Assembly (NCBI GenBank): GCA_965287045.1
Contig: OZ336889.1
Span: 19,530,001-19,594,000, forward strand
DNA: 64,000 bases
Direction of reading: 5' to 3'
From: Carcharhinus amblyrhynchos
Lineage: Eukaryota
Part shown: in pieces, positions 63,206 through 64,000 of the stretch
How positions within the stretch are numbered: position 1 is the stretch's first letter
How the letters are laid out: each line of letters opens with the position of its first letter
Made by a program: the position numbers and the translations under genes
Notes under the pieces: generated by a model
What the model was told of the DNA's origin: nothing
The model's database searches: none
The model's input: only the letters and a program-made list of their open reading frames with translations

Positions 63206-64000
63206 TCTAATCCCATTGCTGTATCAATTTTTTTGCATTGAGATTCAGGCTCAGTACATTATCACTGACTCAGTTAATAACAGTTCTTTGTGGTGTCCAT
63301 GGTAATCTCCAATCTATGTTTAAAAGAAGGACTACTGGGGGAAGACGTGTAACCTTGTTCCAATGTCACCCAGTGCAAAAATGGTCTTGACATCTCACTT
63401 AATTGACCTCTCCCGGGTTCTCAGTGAAGCATTTAGCTTTGCACAAAATGGAATCAACTCCGTTTTCTACTAGTATTCTTTTGTCAAAAATGAAAAGGAG
63501 AATTATCGTTGCCTGTTAAAGAGTCAAGCAGTGGCAGTACTTTGTTGCAAGGAAACATTAGGGAGCTGCTGCCCAGATACAAATAGTAGTCAGTGTACCA
63601 TTCCACCACACTCCACCCCATCCCAATTTGATAATCTCTGGAACCTCAGCTGTTTTCGTAGAAGGTTGCGAGGGTGACATGAATAAGCTTCTTCTCCTCC
63701 CACCACTCCCACCCCCCCTCCATTTTCTGTTCTTGTAAAGCGATTGTGAAAGATTGCCCTGTGTTTCTGGTGAAAGGGGATCTGCCTGGGAGCTGTTACG
63801 ATTGACCACAGGACAGTTCGTGCAGTCAGGGATAATTCTGTGATAACCGGGTGATTGAAGTGCGCCGCGCCAGTTGGAGTTTGAAAGGGTCTTTTGAAAA
63901 TAGGTCACCAGATTAGTGAAAACAGTTGCCGTGTTTCCCTTTTCTGAAATGTAACTGTGAGCGTGTGTTGGCTTTTGGAGCAGCAGACTCAGAACTTTTA

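Overview
Eukaryotic, non-coding-dominated DNA from a cartilaginous fish. The repeat set (HE1-type V-SINEs, CR1/HER1 LINEs, Penelope, Rex1/Babar, RTE, Tx1, Gypsy, Harbinger-type MITEs, a Deu-SINE) points to a shark, plausibly a houndshark such as Mustelus (inference). There is no intact protein-coding gene and no prokaryotic system such as CRISPR or an operon. Most ORFs in the track are read-throughs of SINE/LINE debris or chance. The window looks like the long 5' intronic region of an unidentified + strand gene. It holds several candidate short exons (a 27-nt microexon, a signal-peptide-like first exon, two phase-0 alternative first exons) and several enhancer-like blocks. The most unusual items are (i) a ~300-bp poly(A)-ended element built from rearranged U2 snRNA segments, a possible shark U2-derived SINE, (ii) minimal hammerhead ribozyme motifs in Penelope ends, one with an intact core, (iii) a V-SINE present with two different 3' tails, and (iv) multi-layer nested insertions. 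Repeat boundaries were read by eye and are approximate. Family names come from recalled consensus motifs, not from database searches.
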